This document shows positions 46,651 through 60,617 of a stretch of DNA of 64,000 nt, one piece after another. The notes under the pieces are model-generated. The model made no database searches, was not told where the DNA came from, and saw nothing but the letters and a program-made list of their open reading frames with translations. This stretch comes from Asterias rubens (lineage: Eukaryota). The stretch covers positions 12,834,001-12,898,000 of the forward strand of contig NC_047069.1 in NCBI RefSeq assembly GCF_902459465.1, written 5' to 3'. Position 1 is the first letter of the stretch. The number at the start of each line of letters is the position of its first letter. Both the position numbers and the translations under genes were made by a program.

Positions 46651-48444
46651 AAATTATTATAACATCTACCATCAAAAGCATTTTGCAACGGCTATTTCTT
46701 CATCATATTAGATGAGTTGCAATAGACGCCATCTTTACGGGCAAATTGCATTTTAGCTTGCAGGCTGTTTTTGCACAAAACGCATGGCTGTGTTTTCAAA
46801 TAGCCCGTAAAGATGGTTGATTTATGTAATGTGGGACTTTCTATTGTGGACAAACATGATTCAGGGGGATCATTTTCTGTCAAGCTTGTTTCCAGTTCAC
46901 TTAGTTTTTGCATCAAATAAAGAACATGTATAAATTTTTCTTTGCAAAAAGAAAGAATATTATGTTTGACACCCAATGTAAAAATGGTTGTAGATATTTC
47001 TTGAATTTCTTGAATGTTCTTTGAAACATTTATGTATGCAAGCATATTTTGTGTTTCCTCATATATATCCATGTGTTCTAATTTTTACTTATAAATCTTA
47101 TCACAGTTTAGGCCACATACAATTTTAAAGAAATGTGGTTGGTCTATCGCACATGCACATTGATTCATACCAAAAACATAGCAGAGAGGATGTGTACAGC
47201 TTAGTATGAAGAATCGCTAGGTTTTAAATATTACTTTATTGGAAATAGCTAGAAGTTGAAATTCCATGTCGGAATTGCAGCAGAGGGCTGTTTTTCAAAA
47301 TAATTTGATGAGGATGGTTTATGTTTTCCTTTCATCGATGTCATGGGTGTCATGCTTGATACTTCATGCCCCCGATCAGCCTAGGTGTATGGGTCTCTTT
47401 GGGTAAAGAAGGAGATGAGAAGAGCAGTTGATTTCCCGGAATTGTACACAAACTTGTTTCAGGAGACGATTTAATAATAATAAGGCTAAATTGGTACAAT
47501 GCCACCACAATTTAGAGAGAGTGATTTGTTCATTCACAGAGTCTTGCCACAAACATCTTAATCTAATAATATTAGATTAAGATTTGAGTTTGAGTCCACA
47601 CCAACATTGAACCTAAGCACTGTAGTTTAAATTCGCACGCACTTCAGAGTAGACTATTTTAATCACACAATGCGTGTAAACACAGTTAGCTGTATTCACT
47701 TTTACCTGCCTTTGGGGTTATGCCTAAAAGGGGGCACCTTGCTTTCAAATCTCTCAACATTTTTTGCTGTTTGGAACTATTTCTTATCTTTGTTTAAGAG
47801 TTGCTCAATGTGTTATCATTGGTTTGTAATTATTACAAAAACATAAAGTTTGCCTCTTGGAATACAACCAGCGGAACATATACAGTCCTCCATTTTGCGG
47901 AGTCAAAGTTTGGTTGTACAGAATAGTGGACTGTTTTATCTGTCATTAAAAAAAAACGGACAATTTCAAGGGATATTTATGTGAAACATTATACATGTAC
48001 TCTACATTTGAAATATCTTTCCAATCATATTCATTTGAAAGCAAATGGGTTTTTTTTTTTCGCCCAAAGCACCCAATCGGAAGGCAACATGTCCTATAAT
48101 ATGTATCCGAGACATGCATTTAGTGTTGTGTATTTGTCATTGTATGTACATAGCCATCTGCCATCTTGGTCTAGTTCTCTGAATACAATGACTCAAGTTG
48201 TAGTGACAAGGTGGAACACCACCCTTTGTATCATACCAAAGGTGCCAGACTATTTGCCCAGCATTAGTGAAGTGCTGTTTGAAGCTTTGCATGGTGTGAA
48301 TAATAAGAATTAACTATACTGGTAAATAAGTAGTCAGTTTGCAGAGACAACCATGTATTAAATCTCTTTCGTGTGAGATTTAGCTCTGAAAAGAGCCAGT
48401 ATGGCCCTGACTTTTCTAACAGTATTCTCCTGAAGGCGAGCAGA

Positions 48445-48625
48445 GTAATAATAATAATTTACAGCACTTATAGAGCGCACAGAATCTGGCAAAAAAAAAA
48501 TTGCCATTCAAGGGCGCTGGTTCCCAAAGTCAAGAGTCACGGATTTAAGATATTTGTTTGAAGAGCCGAGTTTTGAGCTGCCGTTTGAAGATTGAGGGAT
48601 TATTTTGAGTATACTGTTTAAAGGG
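48445..48625 (-). mobile_element. LINE 3' end fragment
   Basis: Minus translation ...PSIFKRQLKTRLFKQIS* followed by a GCGCTCTATAA...(ATT)n tail. Confidence 0.6.
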
Positions 48626-51600
48626 TCAACACTTACACAAAGAGATTTAATACATAGTTGTACCTGCAAGATTACTATTTAATTATAGTTAAATCTCGGC
48701 ACTAGGTAGATGTGGGAGCCAGATACCTAGTTATGGCAGTAGTTTATGCCCCTAACTGCCAAATCTAAACTTTTCAAAATCTATTTAAAAAAAAGAACCT
48801 ACCGATTATCAAGATTGTAACTAATCGTTATCGCATTACGCTCAGCACAGAGAGGTTTCATCTGTATGAGTAATTAAACTTCAGGGGAATAGTGGAAAAA
48901 CACTTTTGTATGAAGGGATTGTAATGTTATTGCTCTGTATAAATGTTTTTTCACATTTATTGAAATGCCACAAAATAAAAACTATGTACAGACTCGAATA
49001 AGCCTTGTATTACTTTTGCCTCGTCATTCAATTCTTGTTTTTCATACATTTACAAGGTAAAACTTGAAACATAGTACTAAATTAATAAATGCACATTATA
49101 ATATTAATGTACACGATTCTAATATAGACCTTTGTCACACCGGCTCCTGCCAGATATATGGAGCTACGTATTGAAGTATGAGACCTATTCCTTTATAGCA
49201 CCAGGTAATGGTTTACAATGTACTGTGGCGCAACATGATGCCGATAAAACCCCTTCTTAAGCGCTTGGCCACAACACTATATTTTACTGATTTTTTGTTG
49301 ACAAAATGATCATACCAGAATGAGTGTTCAGGGACTGGGGATTTGTATTTAGTTTTGGAGAAAAACAAAATGCTTCTGTAAGTTTTATCATTTATTGAAA
49401 ACTTCAATAGAAAATTTTTTCCTGAAATTTAGCAATATGTCTTAATTAATTTTGTGCCAATACATTGCAGTTCTATGAGCATGGCGGTGCTACAAGGGGG
49501 GGGTGAACAGGAGTGGAGGAACTTGCAAGTTTTCCCCCAATGGCACAAATTGTAATTAAACACCAAAACATTAAAAAAAAACAATAATGCAGTTATGTTG
49601 GCGTTACCGCAGCTCAATGCTCTACATGTAAGTCACTTGGTTTATCAAAATTATTTTTTGCCCCTTAAATTAACCTTGCCCCTTAAATTAACCTCCCCCG
49701 CTGCCCCAAAGATGTACCAAACATAACTATGAGAGCAACATGCCTGTACAACCAGTCTTCTTTGTGGTCCCATCATAGTGTTAGCCAGAGGGGTGTCAAA
49801 GTGTCTTTTTGACACCCCGTTTTAAACTTTTAGTGTGCTAATTCTCATGTAAGTGTATTGTTATAGTAAGTGAACAATTTGGATGCTCAGTTTTTAAGGT
49901 TCCAGCAAACTTTGACATCCTTTTACCAAATTCTGGCTAAAAACCTTGCTTGGGTCCCATCAAGACTTGTGTTACACATTTCCATTAATAAAACAACTAA
50001 TACAAGGCAAATGCCTGGGCTGTAAAATGTTAATTTCAATTAAGTTTTAGTAATATTCTAAATAAGGATTACGTTATCGGTGTTCAAATTTACGATAATA
50101 CCAATGATGACATTAACAATACAAAATCAATTCATAAAATAGTCAACAACACATTTTAATTAGGAGAAAAATCTTAATGTGAAATGTAAAGAAGTATTAT
50201 TCAGATATTATGATAAATCAACCGTTGATTTTACAAAGAATTAGGACTCGTCTTATCTCAAGTTAGGACTAATCTTAAGGTCTGCATGCTACAGTGCAGG
50301 GTTGGGACTCTTCCTAAGTCCTAAGATTAGTCTTAAGTTAGGAAGAGTTTTGTGAAATCGACGGCAGGTGCTCAACAAATATTGTAAATGTTCAGGATAT
50401 TTCAAATCTCAACCCTGATGTCCAATAGTAGACACTCATGATGCTTCAATTCAATTGTGATCAATATTTATTGTACATAAAATAATAATAAAATGAATAA
50501 AATCCAAGAAATTTTAGCTGATTGTTTCGAGCCAATCAAAAGAAAAGCATAGAGTAAGTTATCATTATTAGAAGATTATTTTGTTAAAATTTGACTTTGC
50601 GTTAAGAATGGCAATTGAGGTCCAGCATGTCACTATTTTTAAATTGAAATTTTACTAAAATGGCCCCATTTCATGACTCTGCTTACTGCCAAATTCTGCG
50701 CTTATGATCATTCTCCGCTTATTGTGAAAGCGTTGAATTTCTGTGCCAGCTGTGCAAGTGAAGAATGCCTAATAAAGTGGAGTACGATTGCGCACAAGCA
50801 AAAATTCCCTTCTTCTGTAAGCGCCAATTCTATGCTAACAGTAGCAGAGCCATGTCATTCAGCCCAAGTCCACCGCACCATGACTGATCAAAAGATTGAA
50901 AACATACGAATGTTGGAATAAATAAAAATGTCCAGAACCTTAAAGTAAAACATGAGACATAAAAGTTTGTCAAATACATAAAGTGTGCCAGGGGTATCTC
51001 CATCAAATCATTTGTATGATATAATTTGGTCAGTAGCGATAAATCTTCAACCACTTTTGACAACATAAGTTCACCTTTTGCCAACAGAATTCAAACATGA
51101 CTCACAGAGGGTACTGTAGTCATGATCAAAACAGGATTGTGGCTGTACATTGAACTCTCACCCAATTACTGAACACAACCTTACCGATCCTACTATCGTT
51201 CTATTATTCCTTTTTCTAAAGAATTCCTTTCTTGGGTCCAGGTTTAACAAAGATTTCCCTTGTGTGGTCCATTGTTGCAATGTGTTTAAGACCCCACAAG
51301 GGAACTCCTGAAAGCCCACATATTCCTGTGCCCTCCATAGATAAGAGGGAGGGGGCTGGGTGGCACACTTCATGAAGTCTAAAACAGGATTTCTGGGCCC
51401 AAATTTAACAGCTCTATTTAAAAATACAAACAAGTAGTGAAGCAAAAAAGAAATTACGCTTGATCAGAATAAGCCGAAATCCCATGGCGCCAATTTCAAA
51501 AAGCTGTTTAGCAAAAATTCTGCTGAGCATATTTCTATGCTACGAGAAAATGAGTCGAGTACCAGTCGCAGTAATAGTAATTGTATGGTATTCTGGCTGG

Positions 51601-52013
51601 TAACCTAATTTGTCCAAGCAAGCTTTTGTGCTTACATGCTTTTTGAAGTTGAGCCCTGGTCACATGTACTTTCAGAGACTTTTTTCGCCGAGCAGAAAAT
51701 TGTTTAGCAATGTGTTTTGCTTCAGCAGCTCTGTGAAAGTGGGGCCTAGCCATAGAGTTATATATAAGAACTAGAGGACGCACTGGCCTAGTTACGCAGT
51801 CGCATAGCGTGTATTTATCATACACAGACACCGACGTGTACTTCATATTCATTGCACGTACAATGTTCATCTTACAAAATGGCATGCATGTCTCCTTGCA
51901 GTCCTGTAGCAATTGTGCACGCAGCATCACCGGTGCGCCCTCTAGTTCTTATATAACACTATGGGCCCAGCTGATGCTTCCTAACGAGATTAAGATTGGA
52001 TGTTATCTTTCCA

Positions 52014-55000
52014 TCATACTCTCTTCCTACTGTATTCATCTGGGAATCCAAATACATGCTTGCCCTGGCCACCGACCCTCGGCAGCATGCCGGCTCCTGG
52101 TACTACATTCCAATTCAGTGTCATTGTAATATTGTCGTGCCCTCTGTAGAAGATAACCGATGAAAAAGAGAAAGAACATTTAAGAAAAATTTACCCCAAA
52201 TAATTGGTCAGGGGTTTTTTCTTCAAAATTTTGAAAAACAAATAAACAGTTTTAGAGATGAACTAGTAGAAAAGTAGATCACCAAGTACACTTCTAAAAA
52301 GTCTAGAAACTAGATAATCTAGTAAAAACTGGATAACACAGATACAGCGTACGAGAACAAAACTCTACAAACTTACTTAAGGCCGTTACCGTCATCATAA
52401 AACGGGTATTTTAGGCTCATTTTCTTCAAGTCCAAGTTGGCCTTACTGCCACGCTTGATGATCTTATCCCATAAAACGACCTGATTTAATTTCTGAAACA
52501 ATAAAAAAACAAAGGAAGAAAAGAAGAGTTCAGGGAAAAACACTTACACTTAGTTATAATACATTGTCTTCTCTGAAAGGTATTGGGTGATTTCCAGCTC
52601 TTTAACCCGTTCTAAATCTACACCAGTGAAAACTGGGTCATGTGTTCCTCATAAAATGTGGCTGGTGATTAAGTGCGTTGATCTCAAATTATGGTTGCTG
52701 AGTCATCAGGGTGTGGGCTCGAATCCCAGTCATGACACTTGTGTCATTGAAGAGTACACACAATTGCTTCTGTTGGGGTAGCCTATATGGGTTCCAGCGA
52801 GGGTAGTTGAGATGGTTTTTGTGCTTGATTTAGCTTGGTGCGCTATTTTGGCAGCACTTGTTCCATACTACAATGGGAGCTGAGATTGTGTAAGGAATGA
52901 AATAAATGGCCCCGTGACCCAGTGCAATAAGGAGTGTCACTGAGTGATGGATTTGAGCGCTATATAAGAAGCCATTATCATTATTATTAGACAACACCAA
53001 GTATTTAGTTCGTATTTATTAATTTATTATTTTAATATTTATTAATTTATTTATTAGTATTTATTATTTAGTATTTATTAATTTTCACCTGCAAGTTGTA
53101 CAATCACAGAAATATTAAGATCTCACTTCAACTCAAGATGTGACGAACACTTACATTGTGTTCCGTCTCATATTCAACCATCAGATAAAGAAAAAGCTGC
53201 TTGGTGTTCCATGTGAACAGTGGGTCAAGGTCAGATGTCAGGTCAAAGGTTATGTGACCTCGGTCGGCTTTCTCGCCATGTGGGGTGTAGGTATTCTTCC
53301 TGTTGGAATAAAGAAGTTTCCTTAATCAATCAATCAATCAAAAGTTTTTAATCAGGGCTTGAATTTTGCAAAATATTTCATCACACTGCAGGGTTTGTAC
53401 CTTGAAATGTTTAATGGACCAGAATTTATTTTACAAGACCAGGATTGGACTTCAGAAAATGGTAAAGACTAGTCTCATTTTGAAGTTACTGTTCCCAACA
53501 TAGAAATAGGCATAAGTTTTTCATAACTCCTAGTAGGCCTACTAGTCCTAAGTTAGGACTATCTCTGTGAAATTGACCCTAGAATCTTCATAAGAAAGAT
53601 CTTTCTTTTCTACAGTTTAAGCAGTTTAAGCAGGATTCGAAATTTTCAACCTGGGACATTTTTTACTCTTTCGCTCGGGGATCTGGTAAGTTTTTGTCCT
53701 TTTTCTTCAAATTATTTCCTCAATGGTGTTTTGAGTGATATGGTAGGATACATTAGACATTGAGGATCAAGTACGTGTTCCTAGAATTTGTGTCATGATT
53801 TTCCAAAGTGGTAAAAATGGAGCAAATCTGCTGACTAGCTGTCGAAATTGGATGTTTTCAACCATTTCGCCCTGCACAGATTGCGGATGCTTCGTAACCC
53901 TCCGGCCTGGTGGCCGTCAGGAGGAGGGTTACTTTATCGTAGCCCCACTAGTGTGGCCAAGGCTAGCTGAATCCTTAGCCACACGTCCACACCATTTCCT
54001 CATGCAGCTAAGAAATAACCAAAAATAAAAAAATTCTGGCGCCTCCCCTACGAGCCCCTCGGCAGTATAAACCGGCTGAATGTGTTCACCTAACTCTTAG
54101 CTTGCTTTCTGTGTATTGAAAACTGAAACAAATAAAAATTTAAAAAGAAATTTTTAACAATAACTTTGCTACCTTTCTCCGACTCTAATTTTCTTGATTC
54201 GTACACGGCGCAGCCATCTTGGAAAATGCCAATCAGCATGCATGACGTTGTCGGCCGGCCGAGCTGTGGGCGGAGTGTGTGGAGCGCGAATACAAATCAA
54301 CGGCTGTTTTATGTGAATTAAGCTTGGGTATTATTCATGAACTACGTAGCGCATGCCATAAACAAAAGTACCCAAGCTTAATTCACAAATAACAGCCGTT
54401 GATTTGTATTCGCGCCCTCACGGGCCCACAGCTTGGCAGGCCAATGACGTCATGCTGATTCGCATATTCCAAGATGGCTGCGCCATGTACGAATCAAGGA
54501 AATTAGAGTGGGGGCCACTGGGAGAAAGGTAGCAAAGTTATCGTTAAAAATTTCATTTTATTTGTTTCACTTTTCAATACACACAAAAGAAAGCAAGCAA
54601 AGAAAGAGTTAGGTGAACACGCTCAGCCGATTTATACTGCCGGGTGGCTCGTAGATAAGGCGCCAGATTTTTTTTATTTCTTAGCTGCATGAGGAAATGG
54701 GGTGGACGTGTGGCTAAGGATTCAGCTATCCTTGGCCACACAAGTGTGGCTACCTTTAATTATCGCAACTACCCTGTTAGTTGCCAGCTTGGTATATCCA
54801 TGGAGGTAGAACATCCATGGTCTATCCCCTTGTGCCACAAGTTGTGGGAGTTTGCCGAGTTCCCTTGATGGGAAGATCATCTAACTAAACAAACAAACAA
54901 ACAAACAATATATAAGCAGACCCACGGTAATGAGGGCTGACTAACTGAGTTTTAATGGAATATTGACCAATACTTACACCAGATGTTTTTCAGTTTCCAT

Positions 55001-55120
55001 GTAAACTGGTGCGATATTGCTGTCAAAAGCTGTCGTCAGAAAACAGCCAAATGTTAGGGCTGCCATAACACTGAGCGTGAAGGCAAAAATAGTATTGGCT
55101 CTTGATAAAACATTGTTCAT
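52014..55120 (-). CDS. SPCS3: Signal peptidase complex subunit 3 (SPC22/23), 4 coding exons, 177 aa
   Basis: Exons (minus) 55120-54978, 53299-53155, 52492-52377, 52143-52014. Protein [32 protein letters not shown]...[28 protein letters not shown]...[14 protein letters not shown]...[28 protein letters not shown]...[11 protein letters not shown]. Confidence 0.97.
52655..52990 (+). mobile_element. tRNA-derived SINE family S2 (SPCS3 intron)
   Basis: B-box-like GGGCTCGAATCCC, then CATGACACTTGTGTC, and tail TTGAGCGCTATATAAGAAGCCATTATCATTATT. Confidence 0.8.
53939..54753. mobile_element. ~815-bp foldback/palindromic non-autonomous element in SPCS3 intron
   Basis: Arms ~53939-54330 and ~54368-54753 are reverse complements along their whole length (e.g. 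GTAGCCCCACTAGTGTGGCCAAGG / CCTTGGCCACACAAGTGTGGCTAC; GAATACAAATCAACGGCTGTT / AACAGCCGTTGATTTGTATTC). Confidence 0.92.
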
Positions 55121-56087
55121 TTTGGACGATTTTTTTGACAAGCTTTCAACCAGAAAATCGTGTTATTCATCTGCGGTATTGCACCCTTCTTACACTAGAC
55201 CATTAGCATGTAACTATTTGCGCTATATCGCGGGACCATTCTACCTGTAAAGACGATGTGGCTTTCAGCCATTGGTTGAGGGCGCTGTTCAAAATACATC
55301 GTTAGCAGCAAACGAATAAAATCGTATACAGCAACCAAAAACTAATAAACCAAAAACTAAAATTAATGTTCAAAAAATACTTATAAGTCGCTCAGCCTGT
55401 TGAAAGCCAATCAAATATATTTTTGGACAACTACATTTAGTTTTTGGCAGGTCAGCCGTTTGGAATAATTGCTAATTAACCCAGAAAAACACCCAGAAAA
55501 AATAATGTGCTTCAGTTTTCTCAAACTGATTTGGTGGCCGTGCATACCCAGTTTCACATTTTGGGGCACAAAAGTGATATATTTTTTTTGCATGAAACAC
55601 TTTACTTCGAATGTTTCTTAAATAAAGATGTGTACTATCGAAATCTATTGTAGGCTTATAACATGTGATGCCGTGCTGCCCTTTAAACGCTTCTTGAACA
55701 ATTTGAGTGCGTTCCGATTCCCCCAATCCCCGCCTACATCATATCTTTTGTTATGACGTTTCGCACGGGCCTGACGGCCGTAAAATACCATCAGAGTACA
55801 CCGTTTTTCATATTTGTAATTTATTAGAGTGGCTTCTTATAGCGCTCAATCCGTCACTGATGACGCTCATGGTGCGTGTATACTTACCCCTGGTCACTAG
55901 GCCATTTTATTAAATTCCTTCTAGCATCTCAGCTACCTCTCGGACATGGAGCAATAAACTATACATTGCTCCATGCAGATACAGCCCGTGCTGCCAAGTG
56001 TAGCGTAGTGTAGTGCACTAATATTAATCTTAAGAACCATCTTTGCCGCTGAGATAGGGCCTTCTCTCGAAGTCCAAAAAGAGTGAA

Positions 56088-56165
56088 AAGCACTCTTTGA
56101 AGAGCATGAGGGAAAGCACTCTTTGAAGAGCATGAGGGAAAGCACTCTTTGAAGAGCATGAGGGA
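56088..56165. repeat. 3 x 26-bp tandem repeat
   Basis: AAGCACTCTTTGAAGAGCATGAGGGA repeated three times perfectly. Confidence 0.95.
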
Positions 56166-58194
56166 AAACTCTTTTTCGAGTGGTATTCCACTCTTTTTTT
56201 TAGTTGCATATTTTGCTTTTGTGCACTCTGTCCTGGAGTGAAACCCCTCTAATAGCCACCCCTCTTTTCAAAGAGCCATATATAATAGTTGAGGGACAAC
56301 CCGAAATGTAAAGAGTGTTTTTTTTTTTTTTTTTAACTCTCCTTTACATTTAGAGAGTACTATTCACCTCTTGATGAAGCGAAGCATGTGAGGCCTACAG
56401 TTAAGAGTCTCAGCTCAACAACACAGTCACTATAGTGGTACCATGACCGGGAATTGAACCCATCACACCTTCATGACAATATAGCCATGGCCACTGCTTG
56501 AATTCGATACTCCCACTCGTCACGACACCCCATGGTAGACCTATATAGATCTTTGTCGCTGTGTTACACATTTAATTTGGTATAAGCGTTACCTGCTGGT
56601 ATCCACACCCTGTGAATTTGTATGCCGCTACCAGCGACGAAGACTCAATTGGAAGTGTAACATGTAAAGGACCTATAGCTGTTACCGTTATAAATAATGT
56701 GCAATTATGAATTACGAATCATATCACAAAAAAAATAATGAAACTTACAAACAACGATCATAGGCACCGAATCAAGGCCTATATAGATGAGGGGGAAAAA
56801 GTGGTAACAACGCACAAATTTCCCTATTTCGAAAAAAACACACACAAAACAAGGTCTATAATTTCAATCGTTTTATAATTTCAGTCGAATCTGAAATAAT
56901 GCATCGCTATTAATTTGTTTAGGAGTAGGGCCACACCATTTAACTTTCGAGAAAGACTCTGCAGGTAGGGAACTGCTTGTCAATGACAATTATTTTGGCA
57001 TTATAGGCACATTCATTTGGTTTGAGATTGAGAGCAACTTGCAACAGCTTATTTTCTCGAAATACTACGACTTCAAACACTTCCGTCCATGCCGGTGTCC
57101 TGGTTTCATTGATAATAGAGAATCGATCAAGTCTAGAGGTCCGTGGTATCACCATTGAACTCACTAGCCTTGGACGCCATGTTGACATTCACCGTGGGTG
57201 TTTTCTTTTAGTTAAGCCAATAAAAAGTATTATGTCTGTGTGCGAGAGATTCTGATGCTAAAAATATTTCCCAAAAGCAACAATTACATGTTAAAAAAGC
57301 TATAGGAAAATAAATAATAAAATACAAAATGAGCTTAGGCCTACAACAGTGCATTTGGACCGATCTCCCCCCCCCCCCCCCCCCCCTAATACTTAGAACC
57401 TCTCATGCTGTCTCACATTTTGATCATACAACCTTTCCCTACTGGGTGGGAAACAAATAATTATTGTAATAACGAAGCTGCAACCTTTAATATTTCCATA
57501 ATATAACCATTGAGCCACTGGACCGCCCAGCCGCCTATCGATATACTGTAGTGGTAGGAGGAAACCTTGCTAGCTTGTGTTTGTGGAAAAAAAGGAACAT
57601 CAAAAGAATCCTCGATAGTCATTATTAAGCTAATGAAGCTAATGATGGTGAAATAATTTAGCTCTTACCCCAACAAGACGCTCATTAGTAAACACAAAGG
57701 AAACTGTATTTATTCATCATTCATGATAATATTGTCGAAAACTCACGCCTTCGCATTTAATCAGTATAATCATTGAGTCAGATAAAAGCCTTGAAAAGCT
57801 ATTGTGTCCATTTTGTCCTTACAAACAAATATTCGCCATAAAAATTACCGTAGCCGTTTAACGAGAGACATGTATTGTTCTCATGCGAACTTGTACTTTT
57901 ATACAAATATCAAGGTTCAAATTGTGCATAAAAATTAAGCTGTGGCTATCTTTTAAAATTTGAACGACGATTCCAGTAGTTAACTGCAAGAATCTTGAAG
58001 TATTAGTTTTCAGCAAACTCGGGCGGTGCAGGGACTAGAGGGATAAGGTCTACAACATAATTGTAATTTCAGTCTCGTAATAGGCTGGGCCTACATTCTC
58101 ATTATCAGAGGTATATCAACTGTTAAATTAAATAACCTAGATGTTTTCCCATTTTTTGACAGAATAGACATATTATAGGTTAATACATATTTAA

Positions 58195-58565
58195 AGGCAC
58201 TGGACACCTTTGGTCAAAGAAAAGTATTCTCACTCATGTATCTCAACATAATGCATAAAATATCAAACATTTAAACATTAAATTGGGCTCTTTTGTCGTC
58301 GAAGTTGCGATAAAATAACGAAATGAAACCACCCTTGTTGCACGTGTGTGCTTTCAAATGCCTGAAAACAAAAGGCTTCAGGCCGGAACTTGCCTTTTAT
58401 TATTTGAGTGAGAAAATACATCTTTCTCAAAAACTAGGTAACTTCAGAGGGAGCCGTTTCTCACAATGTTTTATACTATCAATAGCTCTCCGGTGCTTGA
58501 TACCAAGTAAGTTTAATGCTAACAATAATATTATTTTGAGTAATCATCAAAATTGTCCAGTGCCT
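58195..58565. mobile_element. MITE family A copy
   Basis: TIRs with TTAA flanks. Confidence 0.85.
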
Positions 58566-59060
58566 TTAATGATTTCGCCCCTTCGGGTCCATGGCGTGCT
58601 GTGAGAGAATCAATAAATTGAAGTGAAGTGGAAGATACTCATGAAAGTAATACCAATTCCTTGGACGCCATTGTTATTTTTGTTGACACGATCACGCTCA
58701 AGTGATAGGCATATACTCCGTGTTTTTTCCATTTAGTGGGAGTGTAAACATGATAATAAAATGTGTTAACAAAATACATTATAACCCTCAACATGAGAAA
58801 TTCCCAACCATGAATATCTTAGTAACAATCGAAACACGACAGGTAGTTGTATTAGTAGATTACTAATGGAAAGTCTGTAAATTTACTTAATTGTAACCTC
58901 GCTGTGCAAAAAATAGTCAGATAATTGTGAATTCTGACAGAGAATATGTGTTTGTATTAAGTCATTTTCATTTCGTTGTTTTTTTGGAATGATCTTTTTA
59001 TTACCAAAGTTGGGTCAGCGGTCACGATAGAAAATTAAAGGTCACGATGACCTACTTTAA

Positions 59061-59801
59061 AGGCAGTGGGCACTATTGGTATATTACTCAAAATAATTAT
59101 TAGCATAAAACCTTTCTTGGTGACGAGTAATGGGGAGAGGCTGATGGTATAAAACATTGTGAGAAACAGCTCCTTCTGAAGTGCCATAGTTTTCGAGAGA
59201 GAAGAATTTACAACAAATTTGATTTCGAGACCTCAGATTTAGAACTTGAGGTCTCGAAATCAACCATCTAAACGCACACAACTTTGTGTGACAAGGGTGT
59301 TTTCTTCTCTCATTATTATCTCGCAACTTTGATGACCGATTGAGCTCAAATTTTCATAAGGTTAGTTATTTTATCCATATATTGAAATACACCAACTGTG
59401 AAGGCTAGTCTTTGACAATTACCAATATAGTGTCCACTGCCTTTGAAGCCATTATACACTTTCGGAACAGAACAAACAATAAAAGTTCACAGATTTTCAA
59501 ATAACTTACAGGGCTTACAGAAGGTAATGGTAAAAAACTTCTCTTGAAATATTATTCCATGAAATGCTTTACTTTTTGAGAAAACATTAATTACGGACAA
59601 CGAGAATTACGGATAAGAGTAAACACATGTCATGACACGGCGAAACGTGCGGAAACAAGGATGGGTTTTCCCGTTATTTTCTCCCGACTCCGATGAAAAA
59701 TTGAGCCTAAATTTTCACAGGTTTGTTATTTTATGTTTAAGTTGTGATACACGAAGTGTGGGCCTTTGGACAAAACTGTTCACCGAAAGTGTCCAATGGC
59801 T
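59061..59801. mobile_element. Adjacent MITE family A (59061-59442) and family B (59447-59801)
   Basis: A TIRs, a TTGA junction, then B with AGCCATTATACACTTTCGG / CCGAAAGTGTCCAATGGCT followed by TTAA. Confidence 0.85.
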
Positions 59802-60617
59802 TTAAAATATATATATAAATTGACAAAAGACTTTATTTGAGCATGATTTTAATACCATTCTTGCATAATTATTTGATGGCAATTAACACGGTTATGACCA
59901 AAAGGGTAGTATTTGATGTTTGTGGCTTTTTGCCCTGACCACAGTTATAGGAAACTGAGCACCTTGAGACGCCAAAGAGTTAGTCTTAATTTGTGACCCT
60001 GTTTGTGTGTAGAGAGGGCGCTGTACATCGTAAGTTTTTGGATGCTGACTTGGAAGGACTGTGCAAGTCTGCACATCTGGATCGAAACAGTTTGAATATT
60101 GTTTGTTTTTGTGATACAGATATCTCTTCACTAGTAATTCGTGTTGTTGATAGTAATTCGTGTGCCATATATCGGCAGGAAGTTAATAAAAAGAACGTGG
60201 TGCCACTCAAGACTACAATAGGGTGTGATAAAGCGCTACTATAAGAACCAATTATTGTTTATTATATTAAAAAGAAGGCCTAACTGTGTATGTGGCGTGT
60301 TGTTGTTGTAGCAACGTTTTATGTATTGAGTGCAACTCTGTTTCTTCAAGGACGCTGGTGCAGCAAATTATATTACTATTATTATTATTATTATTATCTT
60401 GGTCAATTATTTAAAAGGCAAAGATCTCAAATTGGCACGTTTGAAAGAAGCCGCGTGTAAGGTTACTTTGTATCCGACACGTCACACTTTTGTCGTCAAT
60501 CAAATTGAGGCTTTGGTACAAAACGGTATAATTGCAGCTGCGTATAATTTCATATTATACAGAAACTATAGTTGAATATACATGCATGATTTCAGTTATG
60601 GACTTATGATGGGTTTA

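Noticed and set aside
46283-47072. ORFs of 132 aa and 126 aa on the minus strand
   Set aside because: The first runs through a SINE. The second has no motif or splice context and lies in probable 3'UTR or intergenic DNA.
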